IMG/VR virus record: IMGVR_UViG_3300025127_000012
DNA length: 64,000 bases
Source of the DNA: a virus
Strand: one strand, 5' to 3'
Part shown: piece by piece, positions 8,825 through 17,810 of the stretch
Position numbering within the stretch: position 1 is the stretch's first letter
Layout of the letters: each line of letters starts with the position of its first letter
The notes under the pieces: generated by a model
What the model was told of the DNA's origin: nothing
The model's input: the letters and a program-made list of their open reading frames with translations, nothing else
Database searches by the model: none
Translations under genes and position numbers: made by a program

Positions 8825-9088
8825 TTAGTCAGAATCACTTGGGGGATAAACAATATCAGTTGGTTTAATTACTGTATAGACATAACCAAATGACGCACAG
8901 TTATCTTTTACCTGTTGCTCGTCACATGGTGTAATTATTAATTCTCTCTCATAATCTGCTGCGATAAGATACTCGTGATATCTGACAGCATCGTCTTCTT
9001 CTTGGAAGAGTTGTACAACACGTTCTGTAATGGTGTCATCCTTTACAGCATACACCCCTCCGCTTGCTTTGTCAACTAATACAAACAT
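8825..9088 (-). CDS. DUF3110-like protein
   Basis: LFQEEDDAVRY..YL.A.DY motif; located between g47 and g46. Confidence 0.6.
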   Translation of the reverse strand: MFVLVDKASGGVYAVKDDTITERVVQLFQEEDDAVRYHEYLIAADYERELIITPCDEQQVKDNCASFGYVYTVIKPTDIVYPPSDSD

Positions 9089-10116
9089 TAGACTCGTTGT
9101 GCTTCTACATATAAAGATTTAAGTATACCAAAGACTTCATCCTTGTGGTCGACCTCTGCCACACATTTGTTTAGGATTGACAAGGTGTCCTCTGTTTCTA
9201 TCGTCTCGTCTATTTCATCCAATACCATGAAGGTATCTTCTATAATCTTTAAGTCGGCAGGATTTGATTGCAAGATCATGGATAGTTTACTATCAAACAT
9301 TTTCTGATCTTCTTTCTTTTCGACAATCAGTTTTACATAAGTGCCATTCAGAGACTGATAATCAATAGGAGCAGTTTCACTATCCCTATAATAGATCTTA
9401 TTGAACATATTATTAGGGTTCTTTATGAAAGTCAGTTTCTTTGTCTTAGTATTTAGAATATGAAATCCTCTATCTGTACCGAAGTCATTCCAGTATAGTT
9501 GATAGGGGTTACCAAGGTAAGTAATATTACCCTTGCATGACCTGTGATGGTAATGACCTGAGCATACTACATCAAACTTCTCAAAAGGAGCAGGATCATC
9601 ACCATGATCCATAGTATATCCTGGAATAGGATCAAACTGACTGAGTTCCAGATGTCCTAGACATACTGTACTCTTGGTATCTTCTATTATCTTTCTCCAC
9701 TTGTGTGTGTTTTCCTCACACCTCCAAGGGAGCATCAATATATCAAGACCACCTACGTTTATATCCTTTGGTTCGTCTACTATTTCTATATTAGGATAGT
9801 CTTCCAGTAGTAACTGAGGACTATTGACCTTCAATGTATTCTTAAAATAGATATCATGGTTACCCACAATCATCCACATCTTAATACCACGTTCCCTAAT
9901 AGGATCAAACCACATTTCCTTAGCAGCATCTAGTGATGAGAAGTTTATAGTCTTACGTCTATCGAAAGTGTCGCCAAGATTTACAATATGAGTTACCTTG
10001 TTCTTATCAATATAAGGTAATACAGTGTCTTTGTAAAACTTACGATACTGTTCAATGTATGCAGGACTATCATTCCTTACACCAAAATGTTGATCAGTTA
10101 TCAGAAGAAGTTTCAT
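9088..10116 (-). CDS. g47: Recombination endonuclease subunit gp47 (Mre11/SbcD-like)
   Basis: Metallophosphoesterase motifs TDQHFG, GDTFD, GNHD, GHLE, SGHYH. Probable start is ATG 10116. Confidence 0.95.
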   Translation of the reverse strand: MKLLLITDQHFGVRNDSPAYIEQYRKFYKDTVLPYIDKNKVTHIVNLGDTFDRRKTINFSSLDAAKEMWFDPIRERGIKMWMIVGNHDIYFKNTLKVNSPQLLLEDYPNIEIVDEPKDINVGGLDILMLPWRCEENTHKWRKIIEDTKSTVCLGHLELSQFDPIPGYTMDHGDDPAPFEKFDVVCSGHYHHRSCKGNITYLGNPYQLYWNDFGTDRGFHILNTKTKKLTFIKNPNNMFNKIYYRDSETAPIDYQSLNGTYVKLIVEKKEDQKMFDSKLSMILQSNPADLKIIEDTFMVLDEIDETIETEDTLSILNKCVAEVDHKDEVFGILKSLYVEAQRV

Positions 10117-10285
10117 AGAGTCGTTCAAATTTTTCAAGTAAGATTCCATAATGTTTAAACATCCGATCACCAGCAATGTAGTTTCGTTGACGTTTATGTA
10201 AAGCATCACAAATTAATTTGTAGTCTGCTTTGGTAAAATCAAATTCATCAGCGAACATGACTTTAAGTTGAGAGAGAATTCCCAT
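10094..10285 (-). CDS. Hypothetical protein (63 aa)
   Basis: TGATG coupling to the g55 stop; overlaps the g47 start. Confidence 0.6.
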   Translation of the reverse strand: MGILSQLKVMFADEFDFTKADYKLICDALHKRQRNYIAGDRMFKHYGILLEKFERLYETSSDN

Positions 10286-10764
10286 CAGTTGTATCGTGTG
10301 TTTGTTTCGACTCTGGACTTGATATAGTTCAAGTCTGCTATGTTATCTAGGTCATCTGAGTGGAAGACTTCTTCGTAACCTTTGCGTTCCAGAATCTTTT
10401 CTCGTATTGCTTGTTGTCGTTTTTCTTTTGCAATACGTCTTAAATATGCATAATAAACGATCTGCGTAAAATACGCGAATGGGTTAGAGGATTTGTCGGG
10501 GTCAAAGTTATGAATGTATTGAATACAATTTTCAATACCGTCTCCGATCATGTCCTCTCTATACATGTAGTTTATAAAGTTAGGTCTATATGATAGATGA
10601 GTTGCTATTTTTAAAAAGCAGTCGCCAATATAGTTTGAAACTCTTGGTTTACCGAGTCCTTTCTCAGTTGCCTCAGCACATTCAGCGCGATACACGACTA
10701 ATGCTGCTAGAAACTTCTTGTTATCTACATAATGTTCTTTTTTCTTGGTAGATTTGCGGGGCAT
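10285..10764 (-). CDS. g55: Late transcription sigma factor gp55
   Basis: HYVDNKKFL, YIGDCFLKIA, PNFINYMYREDMIGDGIENC, NPFAYFTQI. Confidence 0.96.
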   Translation of the reverse strand: MPRKSTKKKEHYVDNKKFLAALVVYRAECAEATEKGLGKPRVSNYIGDCFLKIATHLSYRPNFINYMYREDMIGDGIENCIQYIHNFDPDKSSNPFAYFTQIVYYAYLRRIAKEKRQQAIREKILERKGYEEVFHSDDLDNIADLNYIKSRVETNTRYN

Positions 10765-10785
10765 AATATCCGTTCGGATGTACTT

Positions 10786-10814
10786 ATATTAACAAAAAAA
10801 CACAGAAAACGCAA
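10786..10814 (-). promoter_or_regulatory. Sigma70-type promoter for g55
   Basis: TTGCGT-N17-TAATAT with TG extension. Confidence 0.55.
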
Positions 10815-10819
10815 CTAGC

Positions 10820-10848
10820 TTGACAAGTTGTTAATTTCTGTGTACACT
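10820..10848 (+). promoter_or_regulatory. Antisense sigma70-type promoter, divergent from the g55 promoter
   Basis: TTGACA-N17-TACACT with TG extension; no plus-strand gene downstream. Confidence 0.55.
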
Positions 10849-10876
10849 CAACACTGTGAGGGTTGGAAGGGATATT

Positions 10877-11341
10877 CTATTGATTTATATCTGGTAACTT
10901 AGGGTTCTTATAGATTCTTTCTAAAAGTTGTCGGGCATTGTCTACTGTATCTAGTAATCCCATAGAACTATTCATGGGTACTTCCCTTTCTTTCTCAGGT
11001 AGTTTCTGAATTTCTTTTCTGACCCACCTCTTGTACATCATAATTGATGAAGGAGACATTGGTGCTATCGTCATTATATCTTTTTCGCTTATAACATAAA
11101 AGTCCTCGTCGCTGAAATTCATCCATCTAATAAATCCCATCGCCACCTTCTGTTCCTTGGAATCTTGGTTGACAGGATGATCTAAATCAATAACCTTAGT
11201 CTTAGCAGGATGCTGAATGAATATCAGATCTGTTTTAGTCTCAGGATCTTCTGTAACAATTATCTCACCCAATACCTCATCCCCATGAGAGAGTTTACAT
11301 ACTCCATAGAATTGTTCGTCGTGTCGAATGTAGTTAATCAT
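10877..11341 (-). CDS. Conserved hypothetical protein between uvsW and g55 (possible Sm-like fold)
   Basis: KL..GDEVLG.I...F..WM.FSDEDFYVI...IMTIA pattern; overlaps the uvsW end. Confidence 0.7.
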   Translation of the reverse strand: MINYIRHDEQFYGVCKLSHGDEVLGEIIVTEDPETKTDLIFIQHPAKTKVIDLDHPVNQDSKEQKVAMGFIRWMNFSDEDFYVISEKDIMTIAPMSPSSIMMYKRWVRKEIQKLPEKEREVPMNSSMGLLDTVDNARQLLERIYKNPKLPDINQ

Positions 11342-12797
11342 TAAGTTTGATCTCCTTTATTTCGTAATTGAAAGATTCCTCATTGTATATCTTAATTCGT
11401 TCATCAAGATGTCTTATAGTATAGTTCTTTTTTGATCCACGAGCACAGTTGTCTGCTATATCATATAACATTGCTTGTGCTTTGTTATCACCCTTACGAA
11501 GGACACGTCCAATAGATTGAAGGTTGCGAACCCTTGACTTAGATGGACTTGCGAAAATTACATTATGTAAGTTCCTAATATTGATACCAGTAGAGAAAGT
11601 ACCATAAGAAGCAAGAATGATTGCGTTCTTTTCCTTCTCGCAGACCGAGCGTGCCTCTTCCCTATCATATGCATCAATACCACCGTGTATAAAGAACGTC
11701 TTACGACCATCCTTTACTTTACTATTTAGCATTTCGTTCAAGGGGATACCATGTTTCTCGACGTAATTGAAGAGAACCAAGGTGTTACCTTTCAAGTCGA
11801 GTGCTAGGTTAGTGATCAAGGTGTTGCGTCTATGGTTCTGAACTATCCAATCCATTTCCTGTTGGTAGTCCTCAAATGGTACGAAACCGTGCTTCAACAC
11901 TAGGATCTTGACATATAAAGGTGCAAGATGACCCTTCTTCATGAGGTCAACTGTCTGTGTTACTCTGTCGCATTTACCGAACAAACCCTCTAACACTAAC
12001 TGATGAGTTTGCATGCCATCTAGTGTCCCTGTCAGTCCTACTCTGTGCTTTGCATCATGACACTTGGTGAGGATACCCGACAATGACTTTGCTTTATATA
12101 AGTGTGCTTCGTCTCCTATAACTACATCAAACTTCTTAAAAAACTTTCGGGGTTCCTTGTATATACTCTGCCATGTAGATATAACAACTGGTTTGTCTGT
12201 AAATTTCTCTGCTCCTGCTGAGATTCTATGACAGTATCCACGAGGATTCCATCCATACTCTTTGAAGTCTTTATATAACTGCTCTACTAATGATACTGTT
12301 GGAACGATAATCAATATCTCTCTATCAAAATGCAGATGCCATCTTACTATTGAGTATATTATCAGGGATTTTCCTGATCCCGTCGGGGAAAGTAAAAGTC
12401 TGCGATTGTATTTAAGTGCTTGGTAAACTGCTCGTAACTGGTAGTCTCGTGCCTTAAACGGAATTGATAGAGATCTAACAAACCCCGCAATAGCCTCAGG
12501 TGATACGAGAAGTTCTGTATCTGTCGGTCTTCCATAGATGTTATTGTCCTGTATCTGATAGTGGTAACCTCTTTCTTCTAGAAAGTCAGTCAGATAATCA
12601 AAAAGACCAGCGTATATCTCACCAGTAGCAGGAGAGTATAATCTGATCTTTCCATCCCATTTATATTTCTGATACTGTGGCATGTATTTTGCCCCAGGCA
12701 CATCAAACTGAAAGTGATCACTTAGTTCTTGGTGAACATGAGGTTCAGCATTCACTTTCAAATAAACTTCATTCTTTTTTGTAATTAATGTAGTCAA
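11334..12797 (-). CDS. uvsW: UvsW SF2 DNA helicase
   Basis: RDYQ, SPTGSGKS, DEAH, GLTGT, STGINI, QSIGRVLR. Confidence 0.96.
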   Translation of the reverse strand: MTTLITKKNEVYLKVNAEPHVHQELSDHFQFDVPGAKYMPQYQKYKWDGKIRLYSPATGEIYAGLFDYLTDFLEERGYHYQIQDNNIYGRPTDTELLVSPEAIAGFVRSLSIPFKARDYQLRAVYQALKYNRRLLLSPTGSGKSLIIYSIVRWHLHFDREILIIVPTVSLVEQLYKDFKEYGWNPRGYCHRISAGAEKFTDKPVVISTWQSIYKEPRKFFKKFDVVIGDEAHLYKAKSLSGILTKCHDAKHRVGLTGTLDGMQTHQLVLEGLFGKCDRVTQTVDLMKKGHLAPLYVKILVLKHGFVPFEDYQQEMDWIVQNHRRNTLITNLALDLKGNTLVLFNYVEKHGIPLNEMLNSKVKDGRKTFFIHGGIDAYDREEARSVCEKEKNAIILASYGTFSTGINIRNLHNVIFASPSKSRVRNLQSIGRVLRKGDNKAQAMLYDIADNCARGSKKNYTIRHLDERIKIYNEESFNYEIKEIKLND

Positions 12798-13216
12798 TAA
12801 TCTGCATGTTTTCTCAATTCAAGATAGTTCTTTATTTGGAAACCACGGTTGGAACACTGTTTAAGAATCATCTCCAAATAATTTATAACAGTTTGAAGGT
12901 AGTCAATTTTCTGCTTGTTCTTCAACCAATCTTCGTCTGCCCAGATGTATGTGGTCAGGTCACCTTTCAATACCTTATGATTAAAAGGGTTCTTAGCATA
13001 TACTGCTGCTGGTGCTTTGCCTGCATAGTATTCAAATTTCTCTTTGTACAGCATCTTTCCCTTAGTCTCAGCATCTGATAGCATCAGACGAAAGTGAGAC
13101 CATATGTTTAGATACTTCTCATGGATAACTGTACATTTAAAGTTCTCAGTGTCGAGGTCGTTCTGGTCAATCTTACAGTCCTCCCTCCACATGTCACGAA
13201 TTTCATCAAGGTTCAT
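12794..13216 (-). CDS. uvsY: Recombination mediator UvsY
   Basis: W..D.KID...L..E...HEKYL, EYY.GKA, ..RGFQIKN; synteny g3-uvsY-uvsW. Confidence 0.9.
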   Translation of the reverse strand: MNLDEIRDMWREDCKIDQNDLDTENFKCTVIHEKYLNIWSHFRLMLSDAETKGKMLYKEKFEYYAGKAPAAVYAKNPFNHKVLKGDLTTYIWADEDWLKNKQKIDYLQTVINYLEMILKQCSNRGFQIKNYLELRKHADY

Positions 13217-13764
13217 TCTAATTGTGTTCTTACGATACCGTTAGCATCTTCTATATTATACACAGCATACCTAAACTCTGCTGTTGCAGTAGCATACTCC
13301 GTACCATCTATTGTAGCATTAAATTCCAATGCATTCAAGGACACAGGAAATAGATCCTTGAATGTCACAAAGAAATTTGTTTGGAAATTACTATTAAGCA
13401 CAGCAAGTGATGCGTCACAACGGACTGCATAGTTTCTTGTTAATGTACGACGCTCTGCAAGACTCTCTCTACCACCCGCAATAGCAGTCAACCAGTTATG
13501 TAATATCAAATAGTTCTCTAAATTCTCGTCAACTAGGAACGTTAGATTAAATGGTTCATAGTTAAGTCCAAATGCTTCGTATGGAATTGGACGACCCATA
13601 CCAGTCTGTTGCTCTACTGTATTTGTAGAAACACCAGGGATATTAGCAGACTGTGCAAAATACGCAGTCTTTGGATATTCATCTATCTGCAATTTAAACC
13701 CGATTGGGGATAGAAAGTTTCTATTCTCAATCTGTTTGTTCCACTGACCATAGTCAGACGCCAT
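13213..13764 (-). CDS. g3: Tail completion / tube terminator gp3
   Basis: NRNFLSPIGFK, F.QSANIPG, FLVDENLENY..LHNW, FKDLFPVSL. Confidence 0.9.
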   Translation of the reverse strand: MASDYGQWNKQIENRNFLSPIGFKLQIDEYPKTAYFAQSANIPGVSTNTVEQQTGMGRPIPYEAFGLNYEPFNLTFLVDENLENYLILHNWLTAIAGGRESLAERRTLTRNYAVRCDASLAVLNSNFQTNFFVTFKDLFPVSLNALEFNATIDGTEYATATAEFRYAVYNIEDANGIVRTQLE

Positions 13765-13783
13765 TTTCCTACCTATTTTTAGG

Positions 13784-13791
13784 TATTTATA
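13784..13791 (-). promoter_or_regulatory. T4-type late promoter
   Basis: TATAAATA upstream of g3. Confidence 0.8.
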
Positions 13792-14137
13792 GTTGTTTGA
13801 CTACTTCGTCTTTGATAGCATCAACTACGTCTTGAATTATATTTACATCTAGTCCCATGAAAGGTGGGATCAATCCTAAAACTCTGAATAATCCATCAGC
13901 AAATAGTGCCATGAATATGAAACCTAGGACCATACTGATCTGTCCTGCGTTTCTATTGTGTTGATTGATAGCGAACTCAATCATTGCCTCACACTCTTCT
14001 CTTGTGAAGGTCTCTTGCTCTTTTTTTAGATATCCTTTTCTATATGCCTTCTTTACAGCAGGACTTGTGGTAACGACTTTACGTTTAGGTTTTAAGTAGT
14101 CACTTACTGGTGACTCTTTCATTACTTCTGATAACAT
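13787..14137 (-). CDS. Hypothetical membrane protein (116 aa)
   Basis: AGGAG RBS; HNRNA followed by a hydrophobic segment. Confidence 0.7.
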   Translation of the reverse strand: MLSEVMKESPVSDYLKPKRKVVTTSPAVKKAYRKGYLKKEQETFTREECEAMIEFAINQHNRNAGQISMVLGFIFMALFADGLFRVLGLIPPFMGLDVNIIQDVVDAIKDEVVKQL

Positions 14138-14160
14138 GGAAGTTCTCCTATTTAAAGTAC

Positions 14161-14189
14161 AGTATAACAGATGATTGGACTATTGCCAA
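14161..14189 (-). promoter_or_regulatory. Sigma70-type promoter for the 116-aa membrane protein
   Basis: TTGGCA-N17-TATACT with TG extension. Confidence 0.5.
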
Positions 14190-14344
14190 TACTCATCTAA
14201 AATATCGAATGTTCTGTTTAGATACTCGTTAGCACCTCTACATTCCCATTCTCCTTTTTCACCGATCTCGCATTTGTAATGTAGTTCTCTTTTGAGTTGC
14301 ATTAACCTGTTGGTCATTGCTACTTTGTCTAGTCTACCATTCAT
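14180..14344 (-). CDS. Hypothetical protein (54 aa) MNGRLDKVAMTNRLMQLKRELHYKCEIGEKGEWECRGANEYLNRTFDILDEYWQ
   Basis: Manual translation; preceded by late-promoter variant TGTAAATA (14366-14373). Confidence 0.65.
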   Translation of the reverse strand: MNGRLDKVAMTNRLMQLKRELHYKCEIGEKGEWECRGANEYLNRTFDILDEYWQ

Positions 14345-14375
14345 ATTTTTGCTTTCGTTATATACTATTTACAAT

Positions 14376-14398
14376 AAAAAAGGGTCCCGAAGGACCCT
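14376..14398 (-). terminator. Rho-independent terminator after g23
   Basis: AGGGTCC-TTCG-GGACCCT followed by a T run (UUCG tetraloop). Confidence 0.9.
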
Positions 14399-14433
14399 GG
14401 GATCAGTTATGTGAGGGGACTCACATATAAGAT

Positions 14434-15780
14434 TTACATTAGGTTGTCAACAAGGACTCTTCTGTAATATCTGTTCTTGTTAGGATCAAGATCTCCGCCA
14501 CCTTGGTCGGTGCCTTCTGCGAATGGGTTTGCGACCATTCCGTAACGAGTCTTAAATCCGATTTTTGGTTGGAATGTATCCTGACCAACTGCTCTGACCA
14601 TTTGTAGAGGTACATATGGGCAGTAGAATAATCCAGCATCGTATGCAGAACTACCCTTGTAACCAGCAACATAGAAGTGTCTGTCACTTACGTTTGCTGA
14701 ATATGGGTCAACATAAACCTTGATTCTTCCGTTCAATGTACCAGCAAGTGTGGAACTATTGTCATCAGGAAGTAGGTTTGAGTTACCAGCAAGAGCAGGA
14801 GTGTAATCTAGGACGCCTGCCATAGAAAGTGCTGATGCTACGTCAGCAGAACATATTAGAATGTTCCCCTTTCCACGACGAGTTTCATGCCCGATTGCGT
14901 TCATGTCTCTTTCGATCTGGAATAGAAGTCCTTTGAACTTCTCAACTGACCATCTACCATTGGAGTCTACGTCTAAGTCGAAGATACCAGCAGTTGCGGT
15001 GTTGTTTTGAGCACCAGGTCTAGCAACCTTATACACAGTTCTAACAACTTCACGGTTGATTTCTGCAAGAACCTCAGTTGACAAGATGTTTGCCAATTCA
15101 GATTCAGCGTCTAGTCCGTGAACTGCTTTCAAGTCCTGTGCAAGTTCTAAACTGTACTCTGCTTTTAGCGCACGAGATTTCGCAGTCACTGTGACCTTCT
15201 CGATGGAGAAGTTCATTTCAGCGAACTGGTTACCAGAAGCGTCGCCTAATGCTTCTGACTCGGCAGTGGTCATCGCTGTGGATGTGTTGTATGTACCACT
15301 GTCATTTAGTAGACCTGGGTTAGATCCAGACTGTGCTGTTCTACCTAAGTCTGATGCTGCGTTCTCTGCTGAGAACTCTGTGTCTGCTTCGTTAAAGAAT
15401 GCTTCTGTACCAGCGGTTCTGTTAGTTCCGTAGCGAGATCTCATTGCGAAGATTAGACCAGTAGGACCAGTCATAGGTTGTACACCAGCAATGTCATAAG
15501 CGATTAGCTTAGGCATTGATCTTCTTATTAATGAAATCAACACAGGGTCGAAACCAGCAACAGGTCCAGTAGCGGTTGAACTACCACTGAAACCAGCAGT
15601 ACCAGCACTCATTGTAGGAGCAGCTTCGTTAAGAATTCCTGCTTCCTCTTTGAGGAATGATTCTTGGTTTTCAAGCAAGATTGAAGTAACTGCCTTTCTG
15701 TACTTATCAGAGATATTATCTAACTCGGAATGTTCTAGAATAGGTGCCCACTTTTCTTGCAAGTGTTCTGAGTTGAACAT
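14434..15780 (-). CDS. g23: Major capsid protein gp23
   Basis: KWAPILEH, FDPVLISLIRRSMP, GVQPMTGPTGLIFAMR, SRALKAEYSLELAQDLKAVHGLDAE, FQPKIGFKTRYG. Confidence 0.99.
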   Translation of the reverse strand: MFNSEHLQEKWAPILEHSELDNISDKYRKAVTSILLENQESFLKEEAGILNEAAPTMSAGTAGFSGSSTATGPVAGFDPVLISLIRRSMPKLIAYDIAGVQPMTGPTGLIFAMRSRYGTNRTAGTEAFFNEADTEFSAENAASDLGRTAQSGSNPGLLNDSGTYNTSTAMTTAESEALGDASGNQFAEMNFSIEKVTVTAKSRALKAEYSLELAQDLKAVHGLDAESELANILSTEVLAEINREVVRTVYKVARPGAQNNTATAGIFDLDVDSNGRWSVEKFKGLLFQIERDMNAIGHETRRGKGNILICSADVASALSMAGVLDYTPALAGNSNLLPDDNSSTLAGTLNGRIKVYVDPYSANVSDRHFYVAGYKGSSAYDAGLFYCPYVPLQMVRAVGQDTFQPKIGFKTRYGMVANPFAEGTDQGGGDLDPNKNRYYRRVLVDNLM

Positions 15781-15815
15781 TTTGCTTTAAAAAATTAGGG
15801 TTGATTGTAATTTAA

Positions 15816-16862
15816 TCACTTTGCCCAGCGGGAAAGTGCGTTGACGTATGCGCCCATAGTGCCTTCTACCTGAGTAGATGCATCAACTTCGACATCCTCT
15901 GTGACTGTTGTCGCTTCTGGTTTGCCATTGTTGAAGTATGATTCGCGTATTGTCTTGACCTTCTCGCGGAAGGATTCTTCATTTTCAAACTCAACTGCAT
16001 CTGTTAGACTAGCAAATTTCTCTTTCTGAGCAACGCTAAGACCATCAGATAGTTCGGTCACTATCCCATTCTTGATATATCCGCCTATCTCTTTTGTAAG
16101 AGTGACGTTCTCTTCGATTTGTGAATTGAGTTTCTTCTCCATAGTATCGAGTTGTCCAGTCATTTCGTCGACTAGATCAACTTTCTCTTCGGGAACATCG
16201 ATGAAGTTCTCGGAGAAAACCTGTTTGAGTCCTGCAAGGACTGACTCTGCCATTTCGGTTTTGATACCGTGCTCAATAGCAAGAGCGTTGTCTTTTGCCC
16301 ATTTGTTAGTTGCGAATGACAGGTACTCATCTACCTTCTCTGCCAATTCGTTCTTAACAGACTCAATTTCTTCTTCTAAGACTTTTGCATAGTCATCATG
16401 CATGCGTCCTAGTTCTTCGTTTAAGCGTGAGATCACTGCTGCTTCAAAGATGGTCGCTGCTTTCGCTTTGAACTCTTCGCTTAGATCTTCACCCTCAGTT
16501 AGTGCAGCAACATCAGCGGATAGGTCAACTTGGATTGTCTCTTCCTCAGTTGTCTCTTCTTCTGTTATCTCCTCACCTTCTGGTTTGTGAGAAGCATGTA
16601 CATCACCCTTTGTGCTAAACTCTGCCTTCTGTGCAGATGCATCAGATGGTTTTGTTTGAGGAGGTGTTGCAGTTGGTCCGCCACCTGTCTTCATCTTGTT
16701 AGATTCATCATCTGGTTTAGAGTTAAAAGGTGTTGGTCCTCCTAAATCTTGTATACCTTGACCAGGAGTACCAGTCTCAGATTTAGGCATAGGATCGCCA
16801 GGTTTAGCATTTTTGGTTACTACACCTTGCTCATCCAGAGTTGTTTCAAGTTTTTCAGACAT
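15816..16862 (-). CDS. g22: Prohead core scaffolding protein gp22
   Basis: LSEEFKAKAATIFEAA, KVDEYL, W..DN.LAIE.GIK.E, IRESYF. Confidence 0.93.
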   Translation of the reverse strand: MSEKLETTLDEQGVVTKNAKPGDPMPKSETGTPGQGIQDLGGPTPFNSKPDDESNKMKTGGGPTATPPQTKPSDASAQKAEFSTKGDVHASHKPEGEEITEEETTEEETIQVDLSADVAALTEGEDLSEEFKAKAATIFEAAVISRLNEELGRMHDDYAKVLEEEIESVKNELAEKVDEYLSFATNKWAKDNALAIEHGIKTEMAESVLAGLKQVFSENFIDVPEEKVDLVDEMTGQLDTMEKKLNSQIEENVTLTKEIGGYIKNGIVTELSDGLSVAQKEKFASLTDAVEFENEESFREKVKTIRESYFNNGKPEATTVTEDVEVDASTQVEGTMGAYVNALSRWAK

Positions 16863-16906
16863 TACGGTCTCCGTTTTTTCTAACTGTGTTGATAGTTGCT
16901 AATTAT

Positions 16907-16914
16907 TATTTATA
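16907..16914 (-). promoter_or_regulatory. T4-type late promoter (g22-g23)
   Basis: TATAAATA. Confidence 0.8.
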
Positions 16915-16915
16915 G

Positions 16916-17563
16916 TTATAAAGAATTTAAGAATGAATTAAATGCGGAAATCTTCCTTTCTTCAATCTGCGATAGCGCAGCATTGTTAATTCTCTTCTTA
17001 ATTGCATCGATATCTTGCTCTTGTATTGCGCCACCAGCAAGTACCCAATCTTTACCTTCCATGATGCCATTAACAAAAGCATCAGGTGCTGACGGATCAG
17101 CAACAATATCAGCAGCAGTAGCAAGAACAAAGTCCTCTCCTACAACTTTGATACCGTTTTCTTCTTTAATAGACCCTAGTCCGCGTGATGAGACTCCTAA
17201 TTTAACACCTTCATCAAGAAGTTGTTTAGCAATCTTACCCATTGGGGTCTCTAATAGTCTTGCTTTACCCACAAAGTTATTACCTTCCTGTTTTAGAGAA
17301 GTAATAATGTGAGATGCACGATCTAAATTGATGGTTGGACCTTCGGGATGACCCAATTCACCTAGCGCACGACCAGTTTTTACAAACTTTTCGTTGTATG
17401 TCGCTGCTTCTCTTGCAAGAGTTTGTATTGGATAACGTCTACCGTTGCGGTTTGTTATCTCTCCTTGCAAGAAAACTCCCTCAATAAAGGTCTGTTTCTT
17501 ACCGTTCTTACCCTCAGTTATTACAACCTGGGCATCATCAATTTGTTCCGTTATCAGTTTCAT
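16916..17563 (-). CDS. g21: Prohead protease gp21
   Basis: MKLITE start (17563), NRNGRRYP, ALGELGHP, GVSSRGLGS, DIVADPSAPDAFV. Confidence 0.96.
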   Translation of the reverse strand: MKLITEQIDDAQVVITEGKNGKKQTFIEGVFLQGEITNRNGRRYPIQTLAREAATYNEKFVKTGRALGELGHPEGPTINLDRASHIITSLKQEGNNFVGKARLLETPMGKIAKQLLDEGVKLGVSSRGLGSIKEENGIKVVGEDFVLATAADIVADPSAPDAFVNGIMEGKDWVLAGGAIQEQDIDAIKKRINNAALSQIEERKISAFNSFLNSL

Positions 17564-17786
17564 CTGTGGGTTCCTCGGTTTGATCAGGTGGAATTGCATC
17601 AACAGGTTGCTCTGTGGATTCTGGTCCATCTTCCTGTGGAGCAAACATTGTTTTCCCAACCTCTTTTTTCATATCCTCGATAGAGTCCATGGCAAGAGAT
17701 TTCATTTGCGTATCTACATAATCAGAAAGATCTTTCTGTCCAGCAAATAGCGCATTCACGATGTCATTAGCAGATTGAGAAGGCAT
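17538..17786 (-). CDS. Small acidic prohead core protein (gp67-like)
   Basis: Position between g20 and g21; acidic tail; TCTAAATA upstream (17808-17815). Confidence 0.6.
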   Translation of the reverse strand: MPSQSANDIVNALFAGQKDLSDYVDTQMKSLAMDSIEDMKKEVGKTMFAPQEDGPESTEQPVDAIPPDQTEEPTDETDNGTN

Positions 17787-17810
17787 AATTTATGTGTGTA
17801 TGTATACTAT

